A stretch of DNA of 64,000 bases, from positions 4,357 to 68,356 of IMG/VR virus record IMGVR_UViG_3300033149_001571, one strand, 5' to 3'. The DNA comes from a virus. The position numbers were made by a program, and so were the translations under genes. The notes below the pieces were generated by a model. It had not been told where the DNA came from and searched no databases. It was given only the letters and a program-made list of their open reading frames with translations. Shown piece after piece: positions 9,478 through 19,602 of this stretch. How positions within the stretch are numbered: position 1 is the first letter of the stretch; each line of letters starts with the position of its first letter.

Positions 9478-9580
9478 CGTTCGGTCTTTCCTTGGGTCGG
9501 GCGGGGTTTGTGGCGGCCCGACACGGAGAACCTACGAGAAGAATCGCCGGCTGGCAAGCTATAAAACGAAAAAACTATAA
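9475..9580 (-). promoter_or_regulatory. Sigma70-type promoter plus conserved hairpin leader (copy 2)
   Basis: TTGCCA (9557-9552) N17 TAGGTT (9534-9529), AT-rich UP-like tract, leader nearly identical to copy 1. Confidence 0.75.
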
Positions 9581-9601
9581 AACGCCGTTTGGGTGGCGTT
9601 T
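9569..9601 (-). terminator. Possible terminator between late genes and the early promoter
   Basis: AAACGCC (9580-9586)/GGCGTTT (9595-9601) inverted repeat followed on the minus strand by a T-rich run. Confidence 0.35.
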
Positions 9602-9707
9602 GACGCACGCCCCGCGCCGTGCACACGATACCGGGAGCGGGCTCCCTGGCGGGCTCCCTGGCGATCCTCCTACCCTCCTAGCACCTCCGTCGGGGGGTCC
9701 CGCTCAC

Positions 9708-9956
9708 CTACTCGGAGCCTTCTTCTTCTTCTTCTTCGGCCGCTTCCACCTCTTCGGGCGCGTCGAAGAGCTTCGGACCCCCGAGCAGCGAGCGGTCTAG
9801 CCCGATCACCGCGGAGCCCTGCTCTCTCCGCTTACGCTGATAGGCGCGGTCGAAGGCTTCGCGTCCGTCCACGGTGACAGTCTTCCGGCTATCGGGGTCT
9901 CCCACCGGTCCGGCTTCGATTACCTTGATCTCTTCGGGCTTCTTCGTCTTCGCCAT
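9708..9956 (-). CDS. Hypothetical protein with acidic tail
   Basis: 82-aa ORF with genome-typical codon usage, preceded by GCGTAAG-N8-ATG. Confidence 0.55.
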   Translation of the reverse strand: MAKTKKPEEIKVIEAGPVGDPDSRKTVTVDGREAFDRAYQRKRREQGSAVIGLDRSLLGGPKLFDAPEEVEAAEEEEEEGSE

Positions 9957-9988
9957 GATTACCTCTTACGCGCTTCGATTCTTTCGCG

Positions 9989-12900
9989 TCATTCGTCTAC
10001 CCGCTTCGGGCTAACCGTCACCCCTACCGTCTTATCCGGCTTCGCGCTACCGGGGAGAATCGTGTAGGGCGCGTCGTTCTCTAGAGACTTGATCGACGCG
10101 GCCACGGATCGCGGCTTCTCGGATATGTCTTCGACGTCTAGCAAGACGGCATCATAGCCGGAGCGTCTAGACACTCCCGTACCTAGGTGCGCCGCCCCTA
10201 GATTATCGAGAGTCGCGTAGCTCACCACGCGGCGATTCTCTCCCGCTAGGATATATTCGTTCTCTCCGTTTAGACCAATCGAGAACGGAGACGCGCGGCG
10301 GTCCGCGAGAATCTCCCCTACGTCCGCCTCTCGCGTGGTGATCACGGATCGGGATCGGCCCTCTATGCTTACGCTACCGGAGAAAGCGTCCGCGGAGAAC
10401 GGGCTATCAGACCACGAACACGCGGCGTCTTGTTTAATCACGAACTTGCGAGCGGACTTGTTTTTAATCTCGTTCGCTAGGTCTCCGAAGTGAAGCCCGC
10501 GGTAGGCTCGTACCTTCGTCACGCCTTGCGCCTTGAGAACGGCTTGCGTGTGCCCATAGAACGCCGCCGCCACGTCTTCGAGGTTCCCTAGGTACTTACC
10601 GCTGTAGGAACTCTTAATCTCTCCAGTGCCGAAATCTACCTCGTAACTGCCAAATTTACGCTTACCGGTGAGTCTAACTCGCGCGCTTACGTTGGAGTCT
10701 TGCGATAGCCCTAACCGGTGCGCCATCCAGTGGAAGATATCCGCGGCCCCCCCGGTGCTGCTACCGGACCAACTGCTAGAGGCCTTCTCCATGATCTCGG
10801 AGTAGAAATCCGGGTAGGTCTTCATGAAGACCGTACGGCTCTCGGATGCGGCCTTCTTCCGAGCCGTGTCACTTAGCAGGCTCGCGCGGTCGAATCCTAG
10901 ATCCGTGCTCGGGGACGCGAGCGGGGACTTAAGGTCTTCCATCGCCTTCGTGCTCTGCACGTAGCTTCGGAGCACCTTCTCCTTCTGCTCGTCTGGGATC
11001 TTGTCCCAGACCTTCGGAGAGAACGGAGCACGGCCGCCCTTAAGAATCTCCTCGATCTCTTTCCGCGCCGCGGCGGCTCGCGCCTTCCGTTCGGCGGCTT
11101 CCTTCTTCGCCTTCTTCGCCGCGGCGGCCTTCGCCTTCTTCTCTTCCTTGATCTTCTTTACGAACTCCGCGCGCCGGCTCTTAATGTTGTCGCGGCGTTT
11201 AATCAACTTGTCACGAAGAGCCGAACGCTCTACGAGATCCTCGGGACCTAGCAAGTCCACCACCTTCGTAATCTGAGCGTCCGTGATACTCGCGACCCGA
11301 TCGATTCCCGCTACCACCGCCTCCGCGTCCACCCCTTTGTAGACGTCTGCCGCCGCGGGGTTCTTCGCGGAGTCTAGGAAGTTATCTAGCTCCGTCACCG
11401 TGTCCCCGAAGGCCCCTCCCTTCGCGTCTCCGCCCCCGCGGTAGCGTAGCGCCCCCTTCATGTCCCCACGGATGATCTTCCCGTTCGCGAGCTTCCTGAG
11501 CTTGCTAGGGCCCGTCCAGTTAGCGAGCCACGCATCCACCACGAAGCCGTCCGCTACTTGCTTCGCTAGGTCTCCCTTAATCGCGCTCGCGTTGATCTCG
11601 GTGCCTTCTCGGAAGTCGTAGACGGCCCTCTTCGCGTTGTCGGATAGCGTGACGTCTGCCGCGTCAATGTCCGCGATCCGGTATAGCTCTCGCGTCAGCA
11701 CCTCGTTCGCCACGTGGTCCGCGCTCTGCCGCTCGAAGCCGGTTAGACCCATGTCCCCGTAATCCTTCTCCGGTATTCCGAGAGACTCCGGGGTGGTCTT
11801 CGCCTTCTTCGCGGCCTTCTCGATATCCTCTAGGCTCTTCTCCGGGATTACGGCCTTCGTCTTCTTCGCGGCCTTCTTCTTCGTAGCCTTCTTCGCGAGC
11901 TTCCCGGGGATGTTCGCGTACTTCGAGTCCCGGAGCTTCCGTAGGTACTCGCGGCGATTCAGAAGCGTCTTAAGAAGCTCTTCGCCTTCCTTCGCATCGA
12001 TCGGACCCACCTTCTTCACGAGAGCCTTAATCGTGGCCTCGTCGATATCGAGAACGCGATCGATTCCGTGAGCTATGGATTTGTCCGTGACGTACTTAGA
12101 GAAGACCGAAGACGCTTGCGGGGCTATCTTCGGATCTAGAAGCGTGTCTAGCTCTTTTACTTCGTCACCCCATACCCCGGGGATCAGATCGTTCTTCTTC
12201 CCTCCCTGCGCGCGGTAGCGGAGCGCCCCGCCCGTGTCTAGCCGGTACGCCTTCGAGCCCTTAACCAGGAGGTTATCGTACCCGAGACCCACGACGTCCC
12301 AATTGGCGAGCCATGCGTCTACCACGAACTCTTCCGCGATGCCTTCGAGCTTCCCCGATTTGAGCGCCGCCGCGTCTTCCCCTACCCCGTCGATTATCTT
12401 CGAGGCGATCGACGGCTTTCCCTTCCGGGTAGCTAGAACCACGTCCGGGATATCGACACCCGCGGCCCGGTATAGCTGAGCGGCTAGGACTTCGTTACGC
12501 GCTACGTCCTCCACGCTTGGAGTCTTCACGTACCACCGCTCGCCCGTGGTGCTCTCGTACATGCCCCCGTCATTACTGCCCCCCTGAGCCCCTACCTTCT
12601 TCCACTTCGCCGTATCGTCCACGTCTACGACGTCCGCGGGGATCTTCGTAGGCTCTTCCGGCTTCTTCTTCGCGGCCTTCTTCTTCGTGGCCTTCTTCTT
12701 CGTAGCCTTCTTCTTCGCTACGGCCTTCGCTACGTCTGCCGCGTCCGGGGCGATTGCGGTAGCTACCTTCTTCGCCTTAATCGCGCTCACGTCGTCGATG
12801 TACTTCGCGAGCGCTGGTACGCTCTTCGCTTGCTTCGTCTTCGCCGCGTGCTTCGTGAGCCAATCCGCTAGATCGTCTCTCGTGACCACGAGGGACTTCC

Positions 12901-15900
12901 CTACCTTCTTCGCGGGGAGCTTCCCGGCGTAGACCGCATTATTAAGCACGTAAGACTTAACCTCGAAGAGCTTCGCCGCCTCGCTCGTCTTTAGCTCCGC
13001 GGGGAAGAGCTTCGCGAGCGCCTTCGCCTCCGTCTCTTTCGCGGCCTTAGCCGCCCCCGCCTTCTTCGCGGACTCTTCGGCCTTCTGAGCCTTCGCGAGA
13101 AGCGTCTTAAACTTGTCACCCTTCGAGACCTTGCCGGTCTCCGTCTGTAGCCACTTCGCTAGATCTTGCGCTTCGATCTCGTAGGTGAACGCCCCCGCCT
13201 TCTTCGGGTTCGGGATCTTCGTAGCCTTTAGCTTCTCCGCGTAGATCGCATTATTGATCGCGTACGGCTTCACCTCTAGCGCCTTCGCTAGATCGCTGGA
13301 GAGTATCTTCTCCGCGCCTACGATATCGGCGTAGCTCTCCGCCGCTACCGCTGCGTCTGCCGCCGCTGCGTCTACCACGGCGTCCGTCGCGTCTTCTAGC
13401 TTATCAAGCGCCGCCGCGGCTTCGTCCGCGCTCGTGGCGGCTATCGGAGCTTCTAGCTTCGCCGCTTGCATCTTCGCTAGGTCTCCGCTCGCTATGGCGT
13501 CGTCTGCTAGCTTCTTCGCTCCGCCCCCTACCTTCTTCGCGGCGTCGTCTAGCTCTTCTAGAATCGCCTTCGCCTTCTTCCCTTGGAGAGAGAAGCCGGC
13601 CTCCGTGAGAACCTTCTGGATCTCCGCCTTCTTCGCGGTGAACCCCGCGGAGGTGCCGTCTTCGATCGCCTCCTCTACGAGCGCCTTCGCCTTCGCCTTC
13701 GCTTGCGCGGTCGTGAGCTTTGGAGGCTTCTTCCGGTAGATGAAATCGGGGACGCCTGAGACGTTCGCCCCCTCTAGCTTCCACGTGAGGGAAGAGATCT
13801 CGCCGGACTCCCCGATTAGCTGGATCTTGACAGACGACGGATCGAATTCTTTAACCGCTACTTCGGCTCCGTTTAGCCTTACCAGATCTCCGGCCTCGAT
13901 ATCCGCTACGGGGGTCCGTGCGAAGCCCTTCGACGTTAGCACCTTGATCTCGTCGGTCTGTTTAATCGCTAGCTTTAGACTCTTCTTCGCCTCGTCTAGA
14001 GTCTTCCCCGAGAGCGTCCCGAGCGGCTCGTATTTCGTTACGAAATTCTCTAGCTTCACTCTCGCCGCGTTGATCTTCGAGGGGTCTGCGAGGGTACTCG
14101 CGGACAGTACCTCCTTAATCGACGCGCCTACGTTGCTCTCTGCGATCTCTGAGCTTTCGCGATAGAGCTTCTTCGCTAGATCCTTGTCTCGGAGCTTGAT
14201 TACCGGCGGCTTCTTCCACACGCGAGGAGAGCTATATACGTAGATATTCCCCGCCGGGCTCTTCGCGAGCTTCGCCACCTTGGGATCGGCTTCTAGGCTC
14301 TTCCCGCTGATTAGCCGTACTCGAATCTTTCCCGCCTTCGGGAAAGACTCTACCGTCATAGGGAAGCCGGACTCCGTGGCGATTATGTCTCCCGGCTTTA
14401 GGTCATCGAATTTCTTCGTGGTCTTCTTCGCGGACTTCCACTCCTGTTTAGCTTGCGCCTTCCAATCTTCGGGAGACACGCTACCCGGCTTCGGAGAGAT
14501 CACCGCCTTGGAACTGTCTAGAGACTTCTTAACCTTCGCGGCTTCGAGCGCCGCCGCTTGCTCTTTAGAAGCCTTTCGCGCTAGTGCTTTCGCCTGGGCG
14601 ATCTTCTTCGCCTTCTCCGCCGCCGCGGCCTCCGCCGCCTTCTTCTCCGCGAGTAGCTTCGCCTTCGCCGCTTCTTCTTTCGCCTTCGCTTCTTTGAGCT
14701 TCGCCGCCTTCGCGGCCTTCGCCTTCTCCGCGGCTTCCTTCGCCTTCTTCTGCGCTATCTTGTTCTGAATCGTGGCCTTCTTCGCGGCGAGAAGAGCCTG
14801 GATCCTATCGATCTCGTCCACCTCCGCCTTGATCGCGTTGATCCTGGCCATGAGCGCTTCCACCTGCTGGATTGCGGCCTGCTGCGCGGCGGGTGTCACG
14901 AGCGAAGCGGCCCCCTTCTTCGCGGCCTGTAGCTTCTTTCGATAGTCGATTAGGTTCGCGGAGAGCATCGCCTTACGGATCTCCGTAGGCCCCTCCGCAC
15001 GCGCCGCGCTCGCCCCCGGTATGGTAATCGGAGCGTCTTCCGTCGGCGTCGCGGTGTCTACGATATACCCCTTGTCTCCGTCCTCGAATTCGTCTCCGTA
15101 GCTTGCTCGCCATCCCACCACGATCTCGCGGTCGTGGGGGCGGTTCGGCGGCGCTTGATAGCTCACCCCGAAGAAGGGATCGTAGAAGGGTTCTTTAACC
15201 GGCTTCGTCTGCCCGTGTAGCCCTACGGAGTCCCGGCCGGTCCGGGAGTCGAAGGTAGCCACGAGACGCTTAAGCATAGGCTCGTCGTCTGTGTCCTCCT
15301 CGATTAGCGCGTTTAGCTGTAAGCCGTTGTAGGCGGCGCTCGTCTCCGTACGGATGATTCGATCGACCATCCATTGACGATCACCCACCACGTCCTTAAC
15401 CGCGGCCATCACTTTAGGCCGCGCCTTGATCCAAGATTCACCCGTTAGGATCGTCTTCGCTATCTCGTCTTCGATCTTCGTGACGGTGCCGGACCCGTAC
15501 CTAGCGAAGCTCTGCGCGTACGTTCGTAGACGGATCTTCGATAGCTGGTTAGCTTGATTATCGATCCACCCGAGAGACTCGAATCGAAGCGGCCGGGCCA
15601 CCCCTAGGTACTGGCGGTCTAGAGCGTGAAGCCACGTCGAAGCGTCCCGAGCGGATACCCTAGCGGTCTCCGCGAGACCTAGGGCTAGAAGGTCCGTCTG
15701 GCCCTTGGTTAGCTGAGAGACGCCGGCCTGTAGCTGCCGCATCACTGCGAGGCGCTCCGCGTAGCCCCACGAGCCTAGACTCATTCCGGCTAGGTCCTTC
15801 TTCACCTGCCGGAGCGTGTCTAGAGCGAGCTTCGCCGCGCGCGTCTGGGACTGTAGCTGTACGGCGCGGATACTGTCCGCCTGAGCTTCGAGAAGATCAC

Positions 15901-15907
15901 GAAGCAT
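9989..15907 (-). CDS. MuF (phage Mu F/SPP1 gp7-like) head morphogenesis protein fused to HTH, kinase-like and ADP-ribosyltransferase domains
   Basis: Immediately downstream of portal; MuF motifs RIIRTETSAAYN, DSRT, LHGQ, PP; Lys/Ala linkers; two excisionase-like HTHs; GGSN..G...WYVK...NEVLA...DAWLANWD...DN...D.GG kinase; C-terminal YRG...SWS...ENE. Confidence 0.8.
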   Translation of the reverse strand: MLRDLLEAQADSIRAVQLQSQTRAAKLALDTLRQVKKDLAGMSLGSWGYAERLAVMRQLQAGVSQLTKGQTDLLALGLAETARVSARDASTWLHALDRQYLGVARPLRFESLGWIDNQANQLSKIRLRTYAQSFARYGSGTVTKIEDEIAKTILTGESWIKARPKVMAAVKDVVGDRQWMVDRIIRTETSAAYNGLQLNALIEEDTDDEPMLKRLVATFDSRTGRDSVGLHGQTKPVKEPFYDPFFGVSYQAPPNRPHDREIVVGWRASYGDEFEDGDKGYIVDTATPTEDAPITIPGASAARAEGPTEIRKAMLSANLIDYRKKLQAAKKGAASLVTPAAQQAAIQQVEALMARINAIKAEVDEIDRIQALLAAKKATIQNKIAQKKAKEAAEKAKAAKAAKLKEAKAKEEAAKAKLLAEKKAAEAAAAEKAKKIAQAKALARKASKEQAAALEAAKVKKSLDSSKAVISPKPGSVSPEDWKAQAKQEWKSAKKTTKKFDDLKPGDIIATESGFPMTVESFPKAGKIRVRLISGKSLEADPKVAKLAKSPAGNIYVYSSPRVWKKPPVIKLRDKDLAKKLYRESSEIAESNVGASIKEVLSASTLADPSKINAARVKLENFVTKYEPLGTLSGKTLDEAKKSLKLAIKQTDEIKVLTSKGFARTPVADIEAGDLVRLNGAEVAVKEFDPSSVKIQLIGESGEISSLTWKLEGANVSGVPDFIYRKKPPKLTTAQAKAKAKALVEEAIEDGTSAGFTAKKAEIQKVLTEAGFSLQGKKAKAILEELDDAAKKVGGGAKKLADDAIASGDLAKMQAAKLEAPIAATSADEAAAALDKLEDATDAVVDAAAADAAVAAESYADIVGAEKILSSDLAKALEVKPYAINNAIYAEKLKATKIPNPKKAGAFTYEIEAQDLAKWLQTETGKVSKGDKFKTLLAKAQKAEESAKKAGAAKAAKETEAKALAKLFPAELKTSEAAKLFEVKSYVLNNAVYAGKLPAKKVGKSLVVTRDDLADWLTKHAAKTKQAKSVPALAKYIDDVSAIKAKKVATAIAPDAADVAKAVAKKKATKKKATKKKAAKKKPEEPTKIPADVVDVDDTAKWKKVGAQGGSNDGGMYESTTGERWYVKTPSVEDVARNEVLAAQLYRAAGVDIPDVVLATRKGKPSIASKIIDGVGEDAAALKSGKLEGIAEEFVVDAWLANWDVVGLGYDNLLVKGSKAYRLDTGGALRYRAQGGKKNDLIPGVWGDEVKELDTLLDPKIAPQASSVFSKYVTDKSIAHGIDRVLDIDEATIKALVKKVGPIDAKEGEELLKTLLNRREYLRKLRDSKYANIPGKLAKKATKKKAAKKTKAVIPEKSLEDIEKAAKKAKTTPESLGIPEKDYGDMGLTGFERQSADHVANEVLTRELYRIADIDAADVTLSDNAKRAVYDFREGTEINASAIKGDLAKQVADGFVVDAWLANWTGPSKLRKLANGKIIRGDMKGALRYRGGGDAKGGAFGDTVTELDNFLDSAKNPAAADVYKGVDAEAVVAGIDRVASITDAQITKVVDLLGPEDLVERSALRDKLIKRRDNIKSRRAEFVKKIKEEKKAKAAAAKKAKKEAAERKARAAAARKEIEEILKGGRAPFSPKVWDKIPDEQKEKVLRSYVQSTKAMEDLKSPLASPSTDLGFDRASLLSDTARKKAASESRTVFMKTYPDFYSEIMEKASSSWSGSSTGGAADIFHWMAHRLGLSQDSNVSARVRLTGKRKFGSYEVDFGTGEIKSSYSGKYLGNLEDVAAAFYGHTQAVLKAQGVTKVRAYRGLHFGDLANEIKNKSARKFVIKQDAACSWSDSPFSADAFSGSVSIEGRSRSVITTREADVGEILADRRASPFSIGLNGENEYILAGENRRVVSYATLDNLGAAHLGTGVSRRSGYDAVLLDVEDISEKPRSVAASIKSLENDAPYTILPGSAKPDKTVGVTVSPKRVDE

Positions 15908-15915
15908 CTAAGCGC

Positions 15916-17763
15916 CTACCCTTCCGCGTCTTCGTCTTCGTCCGCTTCTTCCGCGTCTTCGTTCTCTAGATCCTCGCGGTAGTCCGGGGGCTCTAGGTCT
16001 TCGTCTTCGTCTTCGTCGTCGAGACCCATCCCCCCTAGACCTTCGATCATCGCGCGCATACCTTCGGAGCGCTCTAGCGCCACCCGTCGCACCTCTTCGT
16101 CCCCATCATTCCCGAGCATCTGCGCTAGTTGCCGAATCGCGGTCTCTTCTGAGATCGCTTGCTTCTGAGCGCTCGCGACCGCCATAGCCTGAGCCATCTG
16201 AGCCACCTGAGCGGCCGTAGGCGTCCAGTACGGGGGCCACTCCATATCTACGTATGTCTCGGGGGGTCCGGGTTCGTGAGCCTCGTACGACACCTCTACG
16301 GACGCGGGAGCGGCCGGGATCATCGGGTCATCTTTCGAGGTGTCCGCCTCCACCTCTCGGATTACTTTCCGCGGAGGGAGTAGGATACCGGGCCGGTCTT
16401 CTCCGCTCCCTACCTTCTCCATATTCGCGACCCCGTGATTCTTCGCGGCGGTAAGTAGGAGATACGATATCTCCCGGACCGCGCTCCCGAGTGTGACGCG
16501 GAGCCGGTTCGCCTTGCTCTCCATGGATCGCCATAGGATCTGGAGAGCTTCGCCGGACTGGTAAGCCTTCGCGGTGTCCGGGTGGATTACGACGCACTCT
16601 ACGGTCTGGAGTACCTCGTGGATCATCTTATCGATCGCCTTAAGCCCGATCTCCACGCTCGTACCTTGCATCTCTAGATATTTCGCTTCGCCGTCCGGAG
16701 AGAGCGGGATTACGTGGCTCGATCCCTTCTGGATTAGGTTATTCCGGCGGCGGTTCTGCCGGTCTTCCTTGATCACGAGGGTCGGATCTGCGTTCGCTAC
16801 CGCGGCCTTATAAACCTGAGACTGTAGCCGATCTAGCTTATCGAGAAGCGGCCACGCCCCCGAGCAATCGGGCTCACCGTCCGGGCTCTCCGTGCGTCTC
16901 GTGTTCTGGTACCAGACGACGGGACACGCTCCGAACTTATGGGGGACCACCTTCGCGACCGGGATCGCTTCGTCTGGTACGTCGTCACACGGGACGTCCC
17001 GGTAGTAGATAATCTCTTCGGGGGTCCATGCTCGGGTCTTATAAAAGAGCTTAGACACGAGCCGTCCGCGGTCTCGCGGTCCCGGTAGGCCGCCCCCTTC
17101 GTTCGCTCGCTCCCACACCTGCCGGACCACCTTCGTCTGTTCGATCACGACGTTAGGGACCCACCCGGGAGACTCGGGGCACCACTCCGCCACCCACACG
17201 TTCGACGGTCGAAGCACCTCCGCCTCGAAGTGTCCGGCAACGATCCCGAGCGCCACGAGCGAAGAGCCACACGCGCCCGCTACGTCTCGCGCTTGTGAGA
17301 GCACGTCCCACAGACTCGCCTCCCGGAACGCCGCTTCTAGGTAATCCTGCGTCGCCGGTGAAGACCACGAGCGAAGAGCGGGCCTCCTCCCTTCCCCTAA
17401 GAGCATCTCCGTGAATCGGCTCGTAACCTGCCGCGCTAGAGGTACCGGAGCGTCCGGCTTCCGGTAGGCGTGTGGCGTACTGTTCACGGGGACGAACCCC
17501 TGGGGCTTAAGGCGCTCCTGCATGTAGCCGACGCCCGGATCTCTCGGGAGCCCGTTCCAATCGCTCCCGTGGTGGTCGTGTTGGGAACCCTCGAAGAAGC
17601 CGTAGCACTGGGTTAAGGCTCTACACCGCGGGTCCGATTCTAGGTCTAGGACCGCCATAGCGGAGAGATAATCGCGGACGAATCGGATAGAGCCGCCCTC
17701 TTCGGACGCTTGCCCGGGGAGCGTCTGCAACACTCCGCCCTTCATACTCGAATTCCCTTCCAT
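15916..17763 (-). CDS. Portal protein (SPP1 gp6-like)
   Basis: 615 aa directly after TerL; HKFGACPVVWYQN, SGEALQIL, ISEETAI motifs and acidic C-terminus. Confidence 0.8.
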   Translation of the reverse strand: MEGNSSMKGGVLQTLPGQASEEGGSIRFVRDYLSAMAVLDLESDPRCRALTQCYGFFEGSQHDHHGSDWNGLPRDPGVGYMQERLKPQGFVPVNSTPHAYRKPDAPVPLARQVTSRFTEMLLGEGRRPALRSWSSPATQDYLEAAFREASLWDVLSQARDVAGACGSSLVALGIVAGHFEAEVLRPSNVWVAEWCPESPGWVPNVVIEQTKVVRQVWERANEGGGLPGPRDRGRLVSKLFYKTRAWTPEEIIYYRDVPCDDVPDEAIPVAKVVPHKFGACPVVWYQNTRRTESPDGEPDCSGAWPLLDKLDRLQSQVYKAAVANADPTLVIKEDRQNRRRNNLIQKGSSHVIPLSPDGEAKYLEMQGTSVEIGLKAIDKMIHEVLQTVECVVIHPDTAKAYQSGEALQILWRSMESKANRLRVTLGSAVREISYLLLTAAKNHGVANMEKVGSGEDRPGILLPPRKVIREVEADTSKDDPMIPAAPASVEVSYEAHEPGPPETYVDMEWPPYWTPTAAQVAQMAQAMAVASAQKQAISEETAIRQLAQMLGNDGDEEVRRVALERSEGMRAMIEGLGGMGLDDEDEDEDLEPPDYREDLENEDAEEADEDEDAEG

Positions 17764-17782
17764 GGCCTCCCTACCTTACCAC

Positions 17783-19282
17783 CTACCGCGAGAGAGAATC
17801 GATATCGAAGAAAGCGGCGTCTTCCTTAGCGGTCCACGCCCCGTGCCCGTGCCCTGATTTACGGGCCGATTCACGAGCGATCCACGAAGCCACGAGCCGG
17901 TCTCCGGTGTGCTCCGTGGGGACGTAGGAGGTACACTCCCGGACCCACGAAGCCACCTCCTCGTGCGGAACCATGTCCGGGTCGCAAGGGATGATCCATT
18001 TACCTTGCTCGAACTCCGTCCCGAGCGATTCAATTCCCCACTGGATATCCCGCTTATTCGCTCCGGTGTAGTGCTTACGTAGCGGGAGCGCTGATAGCTC
18101 CCCCGCAAACTGAGCGAGGTAATCCTGTGCCGCGTTGCTCTCCACCGTGATAATCGATCCGAATCGCCGGTAGACGTCTACAAGCTCTTCGAGGATACGC
18201 GGACCCGTCCAGCGGCCGGAGCGGATATCGAGAACGCGCCGCGAGCCGTCCGGGAGAATCGCGATCGTGAAGACGCACGCTAGATCTCCCTTCGCGCTCG
18301 AAGCTACGGATAGGTCTACCCCGGTAAAAGTCGGAGCGTCTTCCGGGTTCCACTCGGAGACGAATCCCGTCCCGCGGCCCCGCTCCAAGCACCTTTCAAT
18401 CCACGCCTGTTTAATCCGCGCGTCATCATAGAGCGGGATTATATTTCGGAGCATGTACGGGGCGAGTCTTCCTAGCTCGCTCTCTCGCCGCTTGAGAGCG
18501 TCCACCGTCCATAGTTCCGGGATCAGCGGGGCTTCCTTCCCGGTCTTCGGGTCGCGGACGAAGGCGCTATATAGGCGCTTCTCGTAGCCTTCGATCCGCG
18601 TTAGCCGGTGGAGTACGTCTTCCCTATGCCACACGTGTCCCACTGCCCACACTCTCCCGCCGCGCCGCGGGAGACGGGAGAGCACCTCGCCGGAGACCCA
18701 CTCGAACATCTTCTCCCGCGAGTGTTCGGTGAAGGTGTTCTCCATGTTGCAAATATCATCGATCACCACGAGATCTAGGCGAGAGCCTAGAATCTTCCCG
18801 TAGAGCCCGAACATCTGGATCGTAGGATCCGGGACGTTATCCGCCCTCTCTACGATGATCCCGCGCTCGCCCCATAGCCGCTGTCCGCTCGTAGACGGAC
18901 GGAGGTTAGGGAACACGAGACGAAGCCACCGATTCCGCTCGATATCCGCCTTAATCGCAGAGAGGAATTTCGTAGGGACTCCGCTCTTCGAGACGGAGAT
19001 TACCCCGATTCGGATGTTTGGATTTCGGCCTATCTCGTAAAGAAGACGCCACCTCGTGATCTGGGAGCTTTTACCGTGACCCACCGGGGCGAAGAGCACG
19101 ATTCGATCGTGATCGTCTAGCGCCTTCTGCCAGTCCCGGTGGACGTCTCCCATCCGAATCGGTAGGTCCCCCTCTTGCCGCCCAATCGTCTCGATAAAAG
19201 CAGCGGAGTCTTCGCGAGCGCGGAGGATCTTCGCCCGTAGCGCTAGTCGTAAGCGCTCGGAGTCTTCTTCTTCGGTGCTCAC
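17783..19282 (-). CDS. terL: Terminase large subunit
   Basis: Walker A APVGHGKS, GSRLDLVVIDD Walker B, RNase H-like GVDL, VESNAAQ and terminal HTGD. Confidence 0.9.
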   Translation of the reverse strand: MSTEEEDSERLRLALRAKILRAREDSAAFIETIGRQEGDLPIRMGDVHRDWQKALDDHDRIVLFAPVGHGKSSQITRWRLLYEIGRNPNIRIGVISVSKSGVPTKFLSAIKADIERNRWLRLVFPNLRPSTSGQRLWGERGIIVERADNVPDPTIQMFGLYGKILGSRLDLVVIDDICNMENTFTEHSREKMFEWVSGEVLSRLPRRGGRVWAVGHVWHREDVLHRLTRIEGYEKRLYSAFVRDPKTGKEAPLIPELWTVDALKRRESELGRLAPYMLRNIIPLYDDARIKQAWIERCLERGRGTGFVSEWNPEDAPTFTGVDLSVASSAKGDLACVFTIAILPDGSRRVLDIRSGRWTGPRILEELVDVYRRFGSIITVESNAAQDYLAQFAGELSALPLRKHYTGANKRDIQWGIESLGTEFEQGKWIIPCDPDMVPHEEVASWVRECTSYVPTEHTGDRLVASWIARESARKSGHGHGAWTAKEDAAFFDIDSLSR

Positions 19283-19602
19283 TCGCCGGACTCTTCGGAG
19301 ACGCTCTCTACGCTCGTGGCGGCCTTCGTGGCCACCTCTAGAGCTTCGGCTACGTCTCCGCCTTCTCCACGTGAAGCCACCGCCGTCTTGCCGCTCGCGA
19401 TAGCTTCGCCGGCGTACTTACCTAGATCCGCGAGTCCCTGACCCCCTAGGTATGCCATCGCGAGAGCTGTGAGCTTATCCACGAAATCGCTCGCGTGCTC
19501 GGGGTCGATACCCCCGAACACGATAGCCGCGATCGTCGCGACGGTGACTAGGTAGATTAGAGCCTTCTTCGAGGTGGCTAGATCTTTAATCATGTTCTTC
19601 AT
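19279..19602 (-). CDS. Putative holin
   Basis: Two hydrophobic segments, SKK before TM1 and AYLGGQGLAD motif typical of small phage holins. Confidence 0.55.
   Translation of the reverse strand: MKNMIKDLATSKKALIYLVTVATIAAIVFGGIDPEHASDFVDKLTALAMAYLGGQGLADLGKYAGEAIASGKTAVASRGEGGDVAEALEVATKAATSVESVSEESGE

Noticed and set aside
9637-9663. Short duplication GCGGGCTCCCTG x2 in an intergenic region
   Set aside because: Only two copies, none noticed elsewhere, and no supportable function
12660-12725. 15-bp (CCTTCTTCTTCGTAG)-like DNA repeats as a regulatory array
   Set aside because: They simply encode KKKAT/KKKAA linker repeats of the MuF fusion
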